NCBI GenBank assembly: GCA_001871595.1
Contig: MNVH01000061.1
Location: 2,065 to 34,064, forward strand
DNA from: Candidatus Micrarchaeota archaeon CG1_02_55_22
GTDB lineage: Archaea; Micrarchaeota; Micrarchaeia; Norongarragalinales; UBA97
Direction of reading: 5' to 3'
Length of the DNA: 32,000 bases
Part shown: in pieces, positions 8,903-17,069 of the stretch
Numbering within the stretch: position 1 is the stretch's first letter
Layout of the letters: each line of letters begins with the position of its first letter
Translations under genes and position numbers: made by a program
The notes under the pieces: model-generated
Told to the model about the DNA's origin: nothing
The model's input: only the letters and a program-made list of their open reading frames with translations
Databases searched by the model: none

Positions 8903-9994
8903 ATGGATGGATTCGAGTTCGGCGAGAAATTCAAGCTCAAGGTGTCCGGTAGTAGCCACGGCCCAAGCGTCGAGCTGGAGCTTTACGGTTGTCCGGCGGG
9001 AGTAGAGGTTTCGGTTCAAGACATCCAGGCCGAGCTTGACAAGCGCAAGCCGGGCCAGAGCATTCTTACTACTTCGCGCAAGGAAGACGATTTAGTGGAA
9101 GTTTCAAGCGGGATAGCGGACGGACTGACAACGGGCGGCGCTATCAGCATGCTTATCCGCAACAAGAACACTATTTCCGCCCATTATGAATCAATCAAGT
9201 TCAAGCCGCGGCCGAGCCACGCCGATTATCCCGCCCGCGTCAAGTACGGTATGGATTTTGACTTGCGCGGCGGAGCGTTCTTCTCAGCGCGCATGACTGC
9301 CGCGTTCGTGATGGCCGGCGCGGTGGCAAAGAAATTCCTCGCGCAAAAAGGCGTCAAAACGATGGCGTTCACGAAAAGCATCGGCAAAGTAAACGTGGCA
9401 CGCGAGGTCTCTGACGAAGAAATACTGACAAATGTTTACCACAACCCAGTCAACACTGCCGCACCCGAAGCGGCCGAGGCAATGGTTGCAGAGGTTGAGG
9501 CCGCACGGCGCGACGGCGACTCGGTCGGCGGCGTGGTGGAGTGCCGCGTTACTGGGCTGCCTCCCGGCGCCGGAGACCCGTTGTTCAAATCCATCGAGAG
9601 TACGATTGCGCAGGCGGTATTTGCGATTCCTGCGGCCAAGGGAATCGAATTCGGCTCCGGCTTTGCCGGCTCTGCCTCGCGCGGCTCGGCCAACAACGAC
9701 GAGTACCGGCTTAAGGATGGCCGCGTGGTAACCACGTCAAATAACTCGGGCGGAATACTGGGCGGATTGAGCACGGGAATGCCCATAGTGTTCAGGGTGG
9801 CGTTCAAGCCTACTGCCAGCATATTCAAAGAACAGCGTACAGTGGACTTATCAAGCATGACTGAGACCACGCTGAAACTCGAGGGCCGCCACGACCCGTG
9901 CATCGCGATAAGGGCGGTGCCGGTAGTGGAGCACGTCGCGGCTTTTACGACGGCAGACATTCTACTGAGGCCTGAAGAACGTGGACGAAATTGA
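8903..9994 (+). CDS. aroC: Chorismate synthase
   Basis: SGSSHGP, RPSHADY, GGAFFSARMTAA, RRDGDSVGG, NNSGGILGG and GRHDPC motifs. Confidence 0.92.
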   Translation: MDGFEFGEKFKLKVSGSSHGPSVELELYGCPAGVEVSVQDIQAELDKRKPGQSILTTSRKEDDLVEVSSGIADGLTTGGAISMLIRNKNTISAHYESIKFKPRPSHADYPARVKYGMDFDLRGGAFFSARMTAAFVMAGAVAKKFLAQKGVKTMAFTKSIGKVNVAREVSDEEILTNVYHNPVNTAAPEAAEAMVAEVEAARRDGDSVGGVVECRVTGLPPGAGDPLFKSIESTIAQAVFAIPAAKGIEFGSGFAGSASRGSANNDEYRLKDGRVVTTSNNSGGILGGLSTGMPIVFRVAFKPTASIFKEQRTVDLSSMTETTLKLEGRHDPCIAIRAVPVVEHVAAFTTADILLRPEERGRN

Positions 9995-11261
9995 AGTAAG
10001 ACCGGCCGACGGCATGGACGCGTCGGTTGCCGCGCCGCCAGCCAAGGCGTACACTCTGCGCGCGCTCTTTCTCGCCGCACTCGCGCCTGGCCGAAGCGTA
10101 TTGACAAACCCGCTTTACGGCGACGACCAGCGTTACGCCATGGGCGCGTTGACTGGATTCGGCGCGTCGTTCACGCAAGAGGCTGACCGCGTCGTGGTAG
10201 ACGGCGCGGGCGGGGGTTTGCTTGCCCCTGAGAAAGTCTTCATCGGCAATTCTGGCGTCTCGATGCGTTTTCTTTGTTCTGTTGCCGCGCTTGCGGGCAA
10301 GGGCGGCGAAAAGATTGTGGTTGACGGCGACGAGCGGATGCGACAGCGCCCTGCCGGCGAGCTCCTCGACGCGCTCGAAGCGCTCGGCGCGGGCGTAAGC
10401 ACGGCCCGGGGTGATGGATGCCCACCGATAGAAATTATAGGCAAGAGCCTGCGCGGCGGCAAGGCAGTTGTCGACGCGGAAAAGAGCTCGCAGTTCGTCT
10501 CGTCGCTGCTTGTGGCGTTGCCGCTCGCGCCAGAGGATTCAGTCTTATCGATTAAAGGCGCGTTCAACTCACGGCCGTACGTCGGAATCACGCTTGACTG
10601 CATGAAGGAATTCGGCGTAAGAGCGGCGGATGAGGGTAATCGGTTCACGGTCAAGGGCCAGCAGTCTTACACGGCGCGTGAATACGCTATTGAAGGCGAT
10701 TACTCTTCGGCGTCGTTCTTCTTCGAGGCAGCTGCCATCACGGGCGGGCGCGTTCGAGTATCAAACTTGAAAGAGGATTCCTTGCAGGGCGACAAGCGTT
10801 TTCTTGAGCTAATGCGTGGAATGGGCTGCAAGGTGGATTGGAGTAATGGTACGGTCTTGGTTGAGGGGCCGGATCGGCTCGAGCCGGTTGACGCGGATAT
10901 GGCGGATTGTCCTGACATCGTGATGCCACTAGCAGTGGCTTGCGCCTTCGCCGACGGAGAGAGCCGCATAGCTAACGTCGGGACGCTCAAGTACAAGGAG
11001 AGCGACAGGCTTGAAGCAGTTCGGAGCGAGCTCGCACGCATGGGTGTGAATGCTCAAGTAATAGACGGCGAAGAATTAGTCGTCAAGGGTGTTAACCCGG
11101 AAAACTTGCATGGTGCGGCCATTGAAACGTATAACGACCACCGCATTGCTATGTCTTTCGCGGTTGCCGGGCTGCGTGTGCCGGGCGTCAGGATAAGAAA
11201 CCCGGGTTGCGTGAGCAAGAGTTTTCCAGACTTCTTTGAACGGCTTGAAGCGTTGCGCTAG
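9981..11261 (+). CDS. aroA: 3-phosphoshikimate 1-carboxyvinyltransferase (EPSP synthase)
   Basis: PPAKAYTLRALFLAALAPG, GNSGVSMRFL, MRQRP, KSSQFVSSLL, KESDRL and NDHRIAMSFAVAGL. GTG start overlaps the aroC stop by 14 nt, which suggests translational coupling. Confidence 0.92.
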   Translation: MDEIEVRPADGMDASVAAPPAKAYTLRALFLAALAPGRSVLTNPLYGDDQRYAMGALTGFGASFTQEADRVVVDGAGGGLLAPEKVFIGNSGVSMRFLCSVAALAGKGGEKIVVDGDERMRQRPAGELLDALEALGAGVSTARGDGCPPIEIIGKSLRGGKAVVDAEKSSQFVSSLLVALPLAPEDSVLSIKGAFNSRPYVGITLDCMKEFGVRAADEGNRFTVKGQQSYTAREYAIEGDYSSASFFFEAAAITGGRVRVSNLKEDSLQGDKRFLELMRGMGCKVDWSNGTVLVEGPDRLEPVDADMADCPDIVMPLAVACAFADGESRIANVGTLKYKESDRLEAVRSELARMGVNAQVIDGEELVVKGVNPENLHGAAIETYNDHRIAMSFAVAGLRVPGVRIRNPGCVSKSFPDFFERLEALR

Positions 11262-11824
11262 ACAACGGGGCGCGGTCTTGGCTCAGCGGGGTGCCGTGAT
11301 TGCTTGGGCTGGCTGAATTCAGAGAGCACCCTGCGCGCCTTGGCGCCAACTGAATCTTCTGTTACTATCGTGTGCGCTGCGGAACGGTAATGGCCCTCAC
11401 GGGCGACGAGTATTTCACGCAACCGGCCTTCCGGGTCTTCGCCTTGCAGCAAGGGCCGCTTGGCAACCTCTTCGGGGTTGCGCATGAGCCGTGCAACCAG
11501 CTTTTCCGGGCTGGCGCTCAAGTAGAACACGCGGCCGTTGTGGCGTAGCGTCGAGACGTTGCGCGGGTCCAGCACGGCTCCCCCACCGGTTGCTATTATC
11601 ACGTTCTTGAGCTTGCTTACGCGCGCGATGACGTCTGCCTCAAGGTGCCTGAACGCGGGCTCCCCGTCCTCGCTGAATATTTCGTGAATGCTTCGGCCAG
11701 CGGAGCGTTCAATTTCGTCGTCGGTGTCTATGAAGCGCCAGTGCAGTCTTTCTGCGAGTATCTTGCCAAGGCTGCTTTTTCCACTGCCCATCATTCCAAC
11801 AAGCACGATATTGGGCCTATCCAT
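11258..11824 (-). CDS. aroK: Shikimate kinase, bacterial AroK/AroL (P-loop NMP-kinase) type
   Basis: IVLVGMMGSGKSSLGKILAERL, FIDTDDEIE and ATGGGAV. Convergent with aroA; the two stop codons share one CTAG (11258..11261). Confidence 0.9.
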   Translation of the reverse strand: MDRPNIVLVGMMGSGKSSLGKILAERLHWRFIDTDDEIERSAGRSIHEIFSEDGEPAFRHLEADVIARVSKLKNVIIATGGGAVLDPRNVSTLRHNGRVFYLSASPEKLVARLMRNPEEVAKRPLLQGEDPEGRLREILVAREGHYRSAAHTIVTEDSVGAKARRVLSEFSQPKQSRHPAEPRPRPVV

Positions 11825-12075
11825 AAACAGGATTATCTAAACACGATTAAAAGCCTGTTGATGAAACGTGAATAGGAATTACGGTGAAGGTTTGGCGGCA
11901 AGAACGTCACTGGCTTAGGCGCGGATAACCTGCTTGCCGCGCTGGAACTTGGCATCCAAGAAGCGTTTGTACCTACTGCGGCAACGGGCGATGCAATTAT
12001 ATTGCGGGCGCGCGGTAGATTGAGTATGCTTTACCGGCAACCGGATTACTTTGAAAAGGATGGAGCGGCAAGCTG

Positions 12076-12828
12076 ATGCGCGAACCACGAACTCGAGAGG
12101 AATACTTCGCACAGAAAGTAGAGGCTGCACGAAAGGTCCTTGAGGCACTGCATCGCGGCGAACGGACTGGCGTAAAAGGATTCACGCTTGAACGCAGGGC
12201 TTTCGTTCACGGCAACCCCGAGCACGGCGCGATTGCTCAGGCTACGCCTCCACGCGGAGTTGATTGGGTGGTTAACTCGCCCCACCCGACGGCAGAACCG
12301 TTTATAGTCACAATATTTCCTCGCATCGGCGACTTGAACGCCTTGGTTGAACACGCCGGAGACCTTGTCTTTGGAGGTTTTGGTTCTCCGGGAATAGACC
12401 TAAGCGGCTCGGTTGGAACGGTTTCCGCGAAGATAGTGCGGCCGGAAAGCCGCCGTCCGTTCGTTTTCATCGACCACGCGCAAAGCGGTTATAGAACTAC
12501 CAAAGATTACGATGAATTTACTTGGGATGGAAACCACTTGGTTCAAAGCCCTAGCATGCGCGAGTCGTTTCCACGCAAGTTAGCCACGCGTTACGCTGGC
12601 TGGCGGCTTCACGCGTTCGGCCACTTGTTCGGTCAGACTGAGCAAGGCGGAGAACTTGACGGCATTAACCGTATCGTACTACAGCGGACCCACAGTTCAA
12701 GCGGTGAGGAACTGGGACAAACCAACAAGGACTTCTTCGCCCGCGCTGCTGAAGCACACGGATTCCGGGTGCGCGTGTCTCCACATAGAGTCTACGCGAT
12801 TCGGCCGCGCTCGGTCCGCGGGCGCTAG
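12076..12828 (+). CDS. Hypothetical protein
   Basis: 250-aa ORF with ATG preceded by AAGGATGGAG. No family recognised. It ends 7 nt before the convergent nrdB stop. Confidence 0.5.
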   Translation: MREPRTREEYFAQKVEAARKVLEALHRGERTGVKGFTLERRAFVHGNPEHGAIAQATPPRGVDWVVNSPHPTAEPFIVTIFPRIGDLNALVEHAGDLVFGGFGSPGIDLSGSVGTVSAKIVRPESRRPFVFIDHAQSGYRTTKDYDEFTWDGNHLVQSPSMRESFPRKLATRYAGWRLHAFGHLFGQTEQGGELDGINRIVLQRTHSSSGEELGQTNKDFFARAAEAHGFRVRVSPHRVYAIRPRSVRGR

Positions 12829-12835
12829 GCGCAAA

Positions 12836-13831
12836 TTACTCCCAGCTTAGATTGCCCGACGTCTGGTACTCGGTGACGCGTGTCTCGAAGAAGTTCTTTT
12901 CCTTAGACAAATCCACTGATTGGCTCATCCACGGGAACGGGTTCTCGGTGTGGTACTGCTTTGGCAGCCCGATTCGTTCGAGGCGGCGGTCGGCAATGTA
13001 CTCTACATAGTCGATGAACTGTTGCGCGTTTATTCCGAGTATTCCTTGAGGGCACGCGTCGAGCGCGTACTTCTTCTCGAGCTCGACGGACTGCTTGATT
13101 AGCACAACTAACTCGTCTTGGAACTCTTTGCTCCACACTTCGGGGTTCTCAGTGCGAATCGTGTTGATGAGGTCGCAGCCGTAAGCCAAATGCAGGCTTT
13201 CATCGCGCATGATGTACTCGAATTGTTCACCTATGCCTATCATCTTGTTCTGGCGTTTTAGCGCGAGCATCATGGCGAAGCCGGCGTAGAAGAATATGCC
13301 CTCCATGATGACGTAATAACCAACTAAATCGTGCAGGAACTTTCGTAAATCCTCGGTTGTCTTCGTCTCGAAGTTTGGGTCGAAGATGCTTTTCGTCAAA
13401 TCAACAACGAAGTCGTCCTTGTCCTTGATTGACGGAATGGTCTTGTACATGTTGTATATCTCGTCGGGGTTGAGGCCGAGCGTGTCACAACAGTAGATGA
13501 AGGTATCGGTGTGGATTGCTTCCTCGTATGCCTGCCGTAGCATGTACTGGCGGCACTCGGGGTTGGTGACGTGGCGGTATATTGCCAGAACGATGTTGTT
13601 GGCGGTGAGCGATTCTGCGGTCGAGAAGAAACCCAGATTCCATAAGATCAAGCGTCGTTCGGTCTCGCTTAGCACGGTTGTCGATTTCCATTGTTCGACG
13701 TCTTTCTGCATCGAGACTTCTTCAGGCGTCCAGTTGTTGGCTACGCCTGCCTTGTAGTGCTCGCGCGCCCAGAGGTAAGTCATGGGCAAAATCTTGTTCG
13801 GGTCGGTCATTGAGTCGTTTATTATGGGCAT
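12836..13831 (-). CDS. nrdB: Ribonucleotide reductase small subunit, class Ic type (R2c; Phe at the radical-Tyr position)
   Basis: Ligand motifs are FSTAES (Glu73 where class Ia has Asp), EEAIHTDTF (Glu104, His107, Phe111; codon 13499..13501), MEGIFFYAGF and RDESLHL. From memory it lines up block for block with Chlamydia trachomatis R2c (LGFFSTAESL..NNIVLAI..HVTNPE.RQY.LRQA.EEA.HT.TF). GGTGAT SD before the ATG. Confidence 0.92.
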   Translation of the reverse strand: MPIINDSMTDPNKILPMTYLWAREHYKAGVANNWTPEEVSMQKDVEQWKSTTVLSETERRLILWNLGFFSTAESLTANNIVLAIYRHVTNPECRQYMLRQAYEEAIHTDTFIYCCDTLGLNPDEIYNMYKTIPSIKDKDDFVVDLTKSIFDPNFETKTTEDLRKFLHDLVGYYVIMEGIFFYAGFAMMLALKRQNKMIGIGEQFEYIMRDESLHLAYGCDLINTIRTENPEVWSKEFQDELVVLIKQSVELEKKYALDACPQGILGINAQQFIDYVEYIADRRLERIGLPKQYHTENPFPWMSQSVDLSKEKNFFETRVTEYQTSGNLSWE

Positions 13832-13840
13832 TATATCACC

Positions 13841-16660
13841 TTATTGGCATGATTCGCACGTCGGGTCGTCTATCCTGCAAAGTTTGGGCGTGAAGCCCGG
13901 CGTTGAAGCTATTTGTACGGGCGCGGTTGAGGGGTCCGTGCCAGTTGCGCCCGGCGCGGTTGTCTCCATCGCGTGGTACTCGCGTTTTTGCGTAAAGCCG
14001 TACTTGGCCGCGTCGAGCGTTGATTTCTCTATCTGGCTCGCGGCGAGCGTTCGGAGGTAGTACGTTGTCTTCAAACCCATCTTCCACGCGTAGGTGTACA
14101 TTTCGTGCAACCTCGTCCCCGATGCGCCTTTCATGTATAGGTTGAGGGACTGGCTCTGGTCAATCCACTTGCTCCGAACCGCGGCGTGGCGGACGAGCCA
14201 TTCGGTGTCGATTTCGAATACTTCCTTGTACTTGGACCGGAGTTTGTCGGGCAGTGCGGCGAGGAGTTGTACGCTGCCGTCGTAGTACTTGAGCTGGTCG
14301 AGCATCTCATCGTTCCACGCTCCGAGCGCCTTGAGGTCGGTTACTAAATACGAGTTGACTACGGTGAACTCTCCGCTGATGTTCGCCTTGACGTAAATGT
14401 TCTTATAGATTGGTTCGATTGTTGGAATGCAGCCGGCAATCGTTGAAATCGTGGCGGTTGGCGCTATGGCCATGGTGTTCGAGTTGCGCATTCCATACTG
14501 CCGCACGTGCTCGCGCACAGGCGCCCAGTCGAGGGTCTCGACTCGTTGCAGGGGAATTTGTACGCCGCGTTCCTCCTCCAGCAGGGCAAGCGAGTCGAGT
14601 GGAAAGATTCCACGGTCCCACTTGGAGCCCTTGAAACTCGAGTAAGCGCCTTTTTCTTTCGCTATTTCGCTCGATGAGAGTATGGCGTGGTAGGCTACTA
14701 GTTCCATCATCGAATCGGAGAAGGCAACTGCGGCTTCCGAATCAAAGTTGAGGTCGAGCTTGTAGAGCGCGTCGTGCAAGCCCATTACGCCCAAACCTAT
14801 TGGCCGGTGGCGGAGGTTAGAGTTTCGCGCCTCGTCGGTTGGGTAAAAGTTGATTTCGATGACGTTGTCGAGCATTCGTATGGCGGTCTTGACTGTCCTT
14901 GCAAGCAAGTCCTTGTCTAGCTTGCCGTCAACGACGTGGCGGGCGAGGTTGACCGAGCCGAGGTTGCACACCGCAGTCTCGTCGGCCGAAGTATTAAGCG
15001 TGATTTCGGTGCACAAATTTGACGAGTGGACGACTCCGTCGTGGTCTTGCGGTGAGCGGATGTTGCAGGGATCCTTGAAGGTAATCCACGGGTGACCCGT
15101 CTCAAAAAGCATGCTGAGCATCTTGCGCCACAGCTTAACAGCGGAAACAACTTTGTGTTTGCGGATCTTTCCGTTGCGCGCCATTTCTTCGTATTCCGCG
15201 TAACGCTTCTCGAACTTTTTCCCGTATATGTGGTGCAAGTCGGACACTTCCTCCGATGAGAAGAGCGTCCACGTGCCGTCTTCGAGCACGCGCTTCATGA
15301 ACAAGTCCGGAATCCAGTTCGCAGTATTCATGTCGTGCGTGCGGCGGCGTTCGTCGCCCGTGTTTTTCCTTAGGTCGAGGAAGTCCTCGATGTCCAGATG
15401 CCACGTCTCAAGGTAGGCGCACGTGGCGCCGCGGCGCTTGCCCGAGCGGTTGATAGCCATCGTCACGTCGTTGGCTATCTTGAGGAAAGGTATAACGCCT
15501 TGGCTCTCGACTTTCGTGGTTTTTATCCACGAGCCGGTTGCGCGCAGGTTGGTCCAGTCATTGCCTAATCCGCCGCTCCACTTTGAGAGCTGCGCGTTGT
15601 CGCCGAGGCACTTGAATATGTGCTTCAAATCGTCCTCAACCGTAGTGAGGTAGCACGAGCTGAGCTGGGGATTCGTGGTGCCCGAGTGAAAAAGCGTGGG
15701 CGTGGAAGAGACGAAGCGCAGCGTGGAGAAGATCTCGTAGAACTCAAGCGCCTTATCGTTCTTATCCTTCTCGTTGAGGGCGAGTCCCATTGCCACTCGC
15801 ATCCAGAACGATTGCGGCAACTCCAGACGCGTGTCACCCAACTTCAAAAAGTACCGCTCGTAGAGCGTCTGTATGCCGATGAAACCGAAGAATTGGTCCC
15901 GCTCGAGGTTAAGGCCCTTAGAAAGGCGTTCGAGATCGAACTCCAGCAGCGCTGGGTCGAGCAAGCCGTCCTCAACGCCGCGCTTTATCCCTTCAACGAA
16001 TTTTTCGCGGTAAGCCATGCCGTGAAAGTCGTCGGCCGCGGACTTGCCGATTACTTCCTTGTACAGTTTCTGTAGAAAGAGCCGCGCGGAAACGTGGCTG
16101 TAGGCAGGGTCGTGCTCGATGAATGATATTGAAGAAAGGACTAGGGCTTTCTGGATTTCTTCCGTGGTGACGCCGTCATAAATATTTTTTATCGCTTCTT
16201 TTGCAATGGTGTCGATTGACACGTCTTCTTCAAAGCCCTTGCTGGCGCGGGCGATTGACGCCTTGAGCTTGCTTAGTTCAAATAATACCATTCGGCCGTC
16301 GCGTTTTTTGACGCGTAGCTTGCCGAGCAGCGATTTTTGCACGTTCTCGTGGCGGGCGCGCTCGCGGTCGTCGTGGCGCTTGGCGCGGTAGAGAATGTAC
16401 TCTTTTGATACTTCGTAGAGGCCGCGTTTTACGAGGTGCTTTTCCACGAGGTCTTGAATGTTCTCGACGTTTGGGAAGAAGTCGGTGAAGCGTTCCTCGA
16501 CTTCGCGCGTGATATCAACCGCAATCGCGTCTATGAGGTCTTGCGGCACGCTTGCCCCGGTGGCTTTGACTGCCTTGCCTATGGCGTTGCCGATGCGGCC
16601 CGAATCAAAGTCTACTACTTCGCCGTTGCGTTTTACCACCATCATGTTACCGTTTTCCAA
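13841..16660 (-). CDS. nrdA: Ribonucleotide reductase large subunit, class I, with two N-terminal ATP-cone domains
   Basis: Two ATP-cones: VVKRNGEVVDFDSGRIGNAI... and RVKKRDGRMVLFELSKLKASI.... Catalytic motifs are SSCYL and HSSNLCTEI, with a C-terminal CESCQ redox tail. TTG start is preceded by GGGAGGG with 6-7 nt spacing. Confidence 0.93.
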   Translation of the reverse strand: MENGNMMVVKRNGEVVDFDSGRIGNAIGKAVKATGASVPQDLIDAIAVDITREVEERFTDFFPNVENIQDLVEKHLVKRGLYEVSKEYILYRAKRHDDRERARHENVQKSLLGKLRVKKRDGRMVLFELSKLKASIARASKGFEEDVSIDTIAKEAIKNIYDGVTTEEIQKALVLSSISFIEHDPAYSHVSARLFLQKLYKEVIGKSAADDFHGMAYREKFVEGIKRGVEDGLLDPALLEFDLERLSKGLNLERDQFFGFIGIQTLYERYFLKLGDTRLELPQSFWMRVAMGLALNEKDKNDKALEFYEIFSTLRFVSSTPTLFHSGTTNPQLSSCYLTTVEDDLKHIFKCLGDNAQLSKWSGGLGNDWTNLRATGSWIKTTKVESQGVIPFLKIANDVTMAINRSGKRRGATCAYLETWHLDIEDFLDLRKNTGDERRRTHDMNTANWIPDLFMKRVLEDGTWTLFSSEEVSDLHHIYGKKFEKRYAEYEEMARNGKIRKHKVVSAVKLWRKMLSMLFETGHPWITFKDPCNIRSPQDHDGVVHSSNLCTEITLNTSADETAVCNLGSVNLARHVVDGKLDKDLLARTVKTAIRMLDNVIEINFYPTDEARNSNLRHRPIGLGVMGLHDALYKLDLNFDSEAAVAFSDSMMELVAYHAILSSSEIAKEKGAYSSFKGSKWDRGIFPLDSLALLEEERGVQIPLQRVETLDWAPVREHVRQYGMRNSNTMAIAPTATISTIAGCIPTIEPIYKNIYVKANISGEFTVVNSYLVTDLKALGAWNDEMLDQLKYYDGSVQLLAALPDKLRSKYKEVFEIDTEWLVRHAAVRSKWIDQSQSLNLYMKGASGTRLHEMYTYAWKMGLKTTYYLRTLAASQIEKSTLDAAKYGFTQKREYHAMETTAPGATGTDPSTAPVQIASTPGFTPKLCRIDDPTCESCQ

Positions 16661-16970
16661 GCGAATCCCTCCCTACAAATTGATTAAAAGCGCCGAAGCG
16701 CGACAGAGCTGGTTAGAGCTCGCGCAAATCCAGCCAAAATCGTTTCCCACCGGCTTGTCAACCCCGAAGCAACGCCGAATTTCGTCGTTTTTCGGTAACG
16801 CTCTTCGCGGGGATATCAAGACGACAAACTCCACTTTAAGCTTTTTGGTCAAAAACGCACCTAACCAACAAGTAAACGCGTAACTGAGGGGTTTTGCCGC
16901 AAGATACTTCGCCGATTGCCGACAAAAGAACGGATAATTTGTTACCCCTTGAAGCGGGTGGCGTGGAAAC

Positions 16971-17000
16971 TAATATATTGTAATCCGTGGTTGCAATTAC
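16971..17000 (+). promoter_or_regulatory. Candidate nrdD promoter/operator: TAATATAT box with TATTGTA half-site and TTGTAAT/TTGCAAT repeats
   Basis: This is the only strongly AT-rich TATA-like element in the 409-bp nrdA/nrdD intergenic region. TATTGTA (16976..16982) equals a half-site of the palindrome upstream of the glutaredoxin gene. Confidence 0.3.
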
Positions 17001-17069
17001 TCCTCAACTGGAAACGGGTAGGAAAACGTTCCGGGGGAGAAGATTGTTTTTTGTTAGGGGTGGGGAGGC

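Noticed and set aside
11258-11261. Convergent genes sharing overlapping stop codons within a single CTAG (aroA/aroK). A similar TTAG overlap occurs at 25750..25753.
   Set aside because: This is real but is most simply a by-product of extreme genome compaction, not a functional element.
11859-11864. Possible C/D-box sRNA, given a TGATGA C-box-like hexamer in the aroK upstream spacer.
   Set aside because: No CTGA D box or C'/D' pair lies at an appropriate distance downstream.
16458-16883. 141-aa ORF spanning the nrdA 5' end and the intergenic region.
   Set aside because: Most of it is antisense to the nrdA ATP-cone. No start-site signals are present and the sequence is low-complexity.
16661-17069. 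Cobalamin (B12) or other known riboswitch upstream of nrdD, and bacterial NrdR boxes.
   Set aside because: I found no B12-box-like sequence or recognisable riboswitch core by eye. NrdR is bacterial, and no tandem NrdR-box-like palindromes are evident. An Rfam scan would be needed for certainty.
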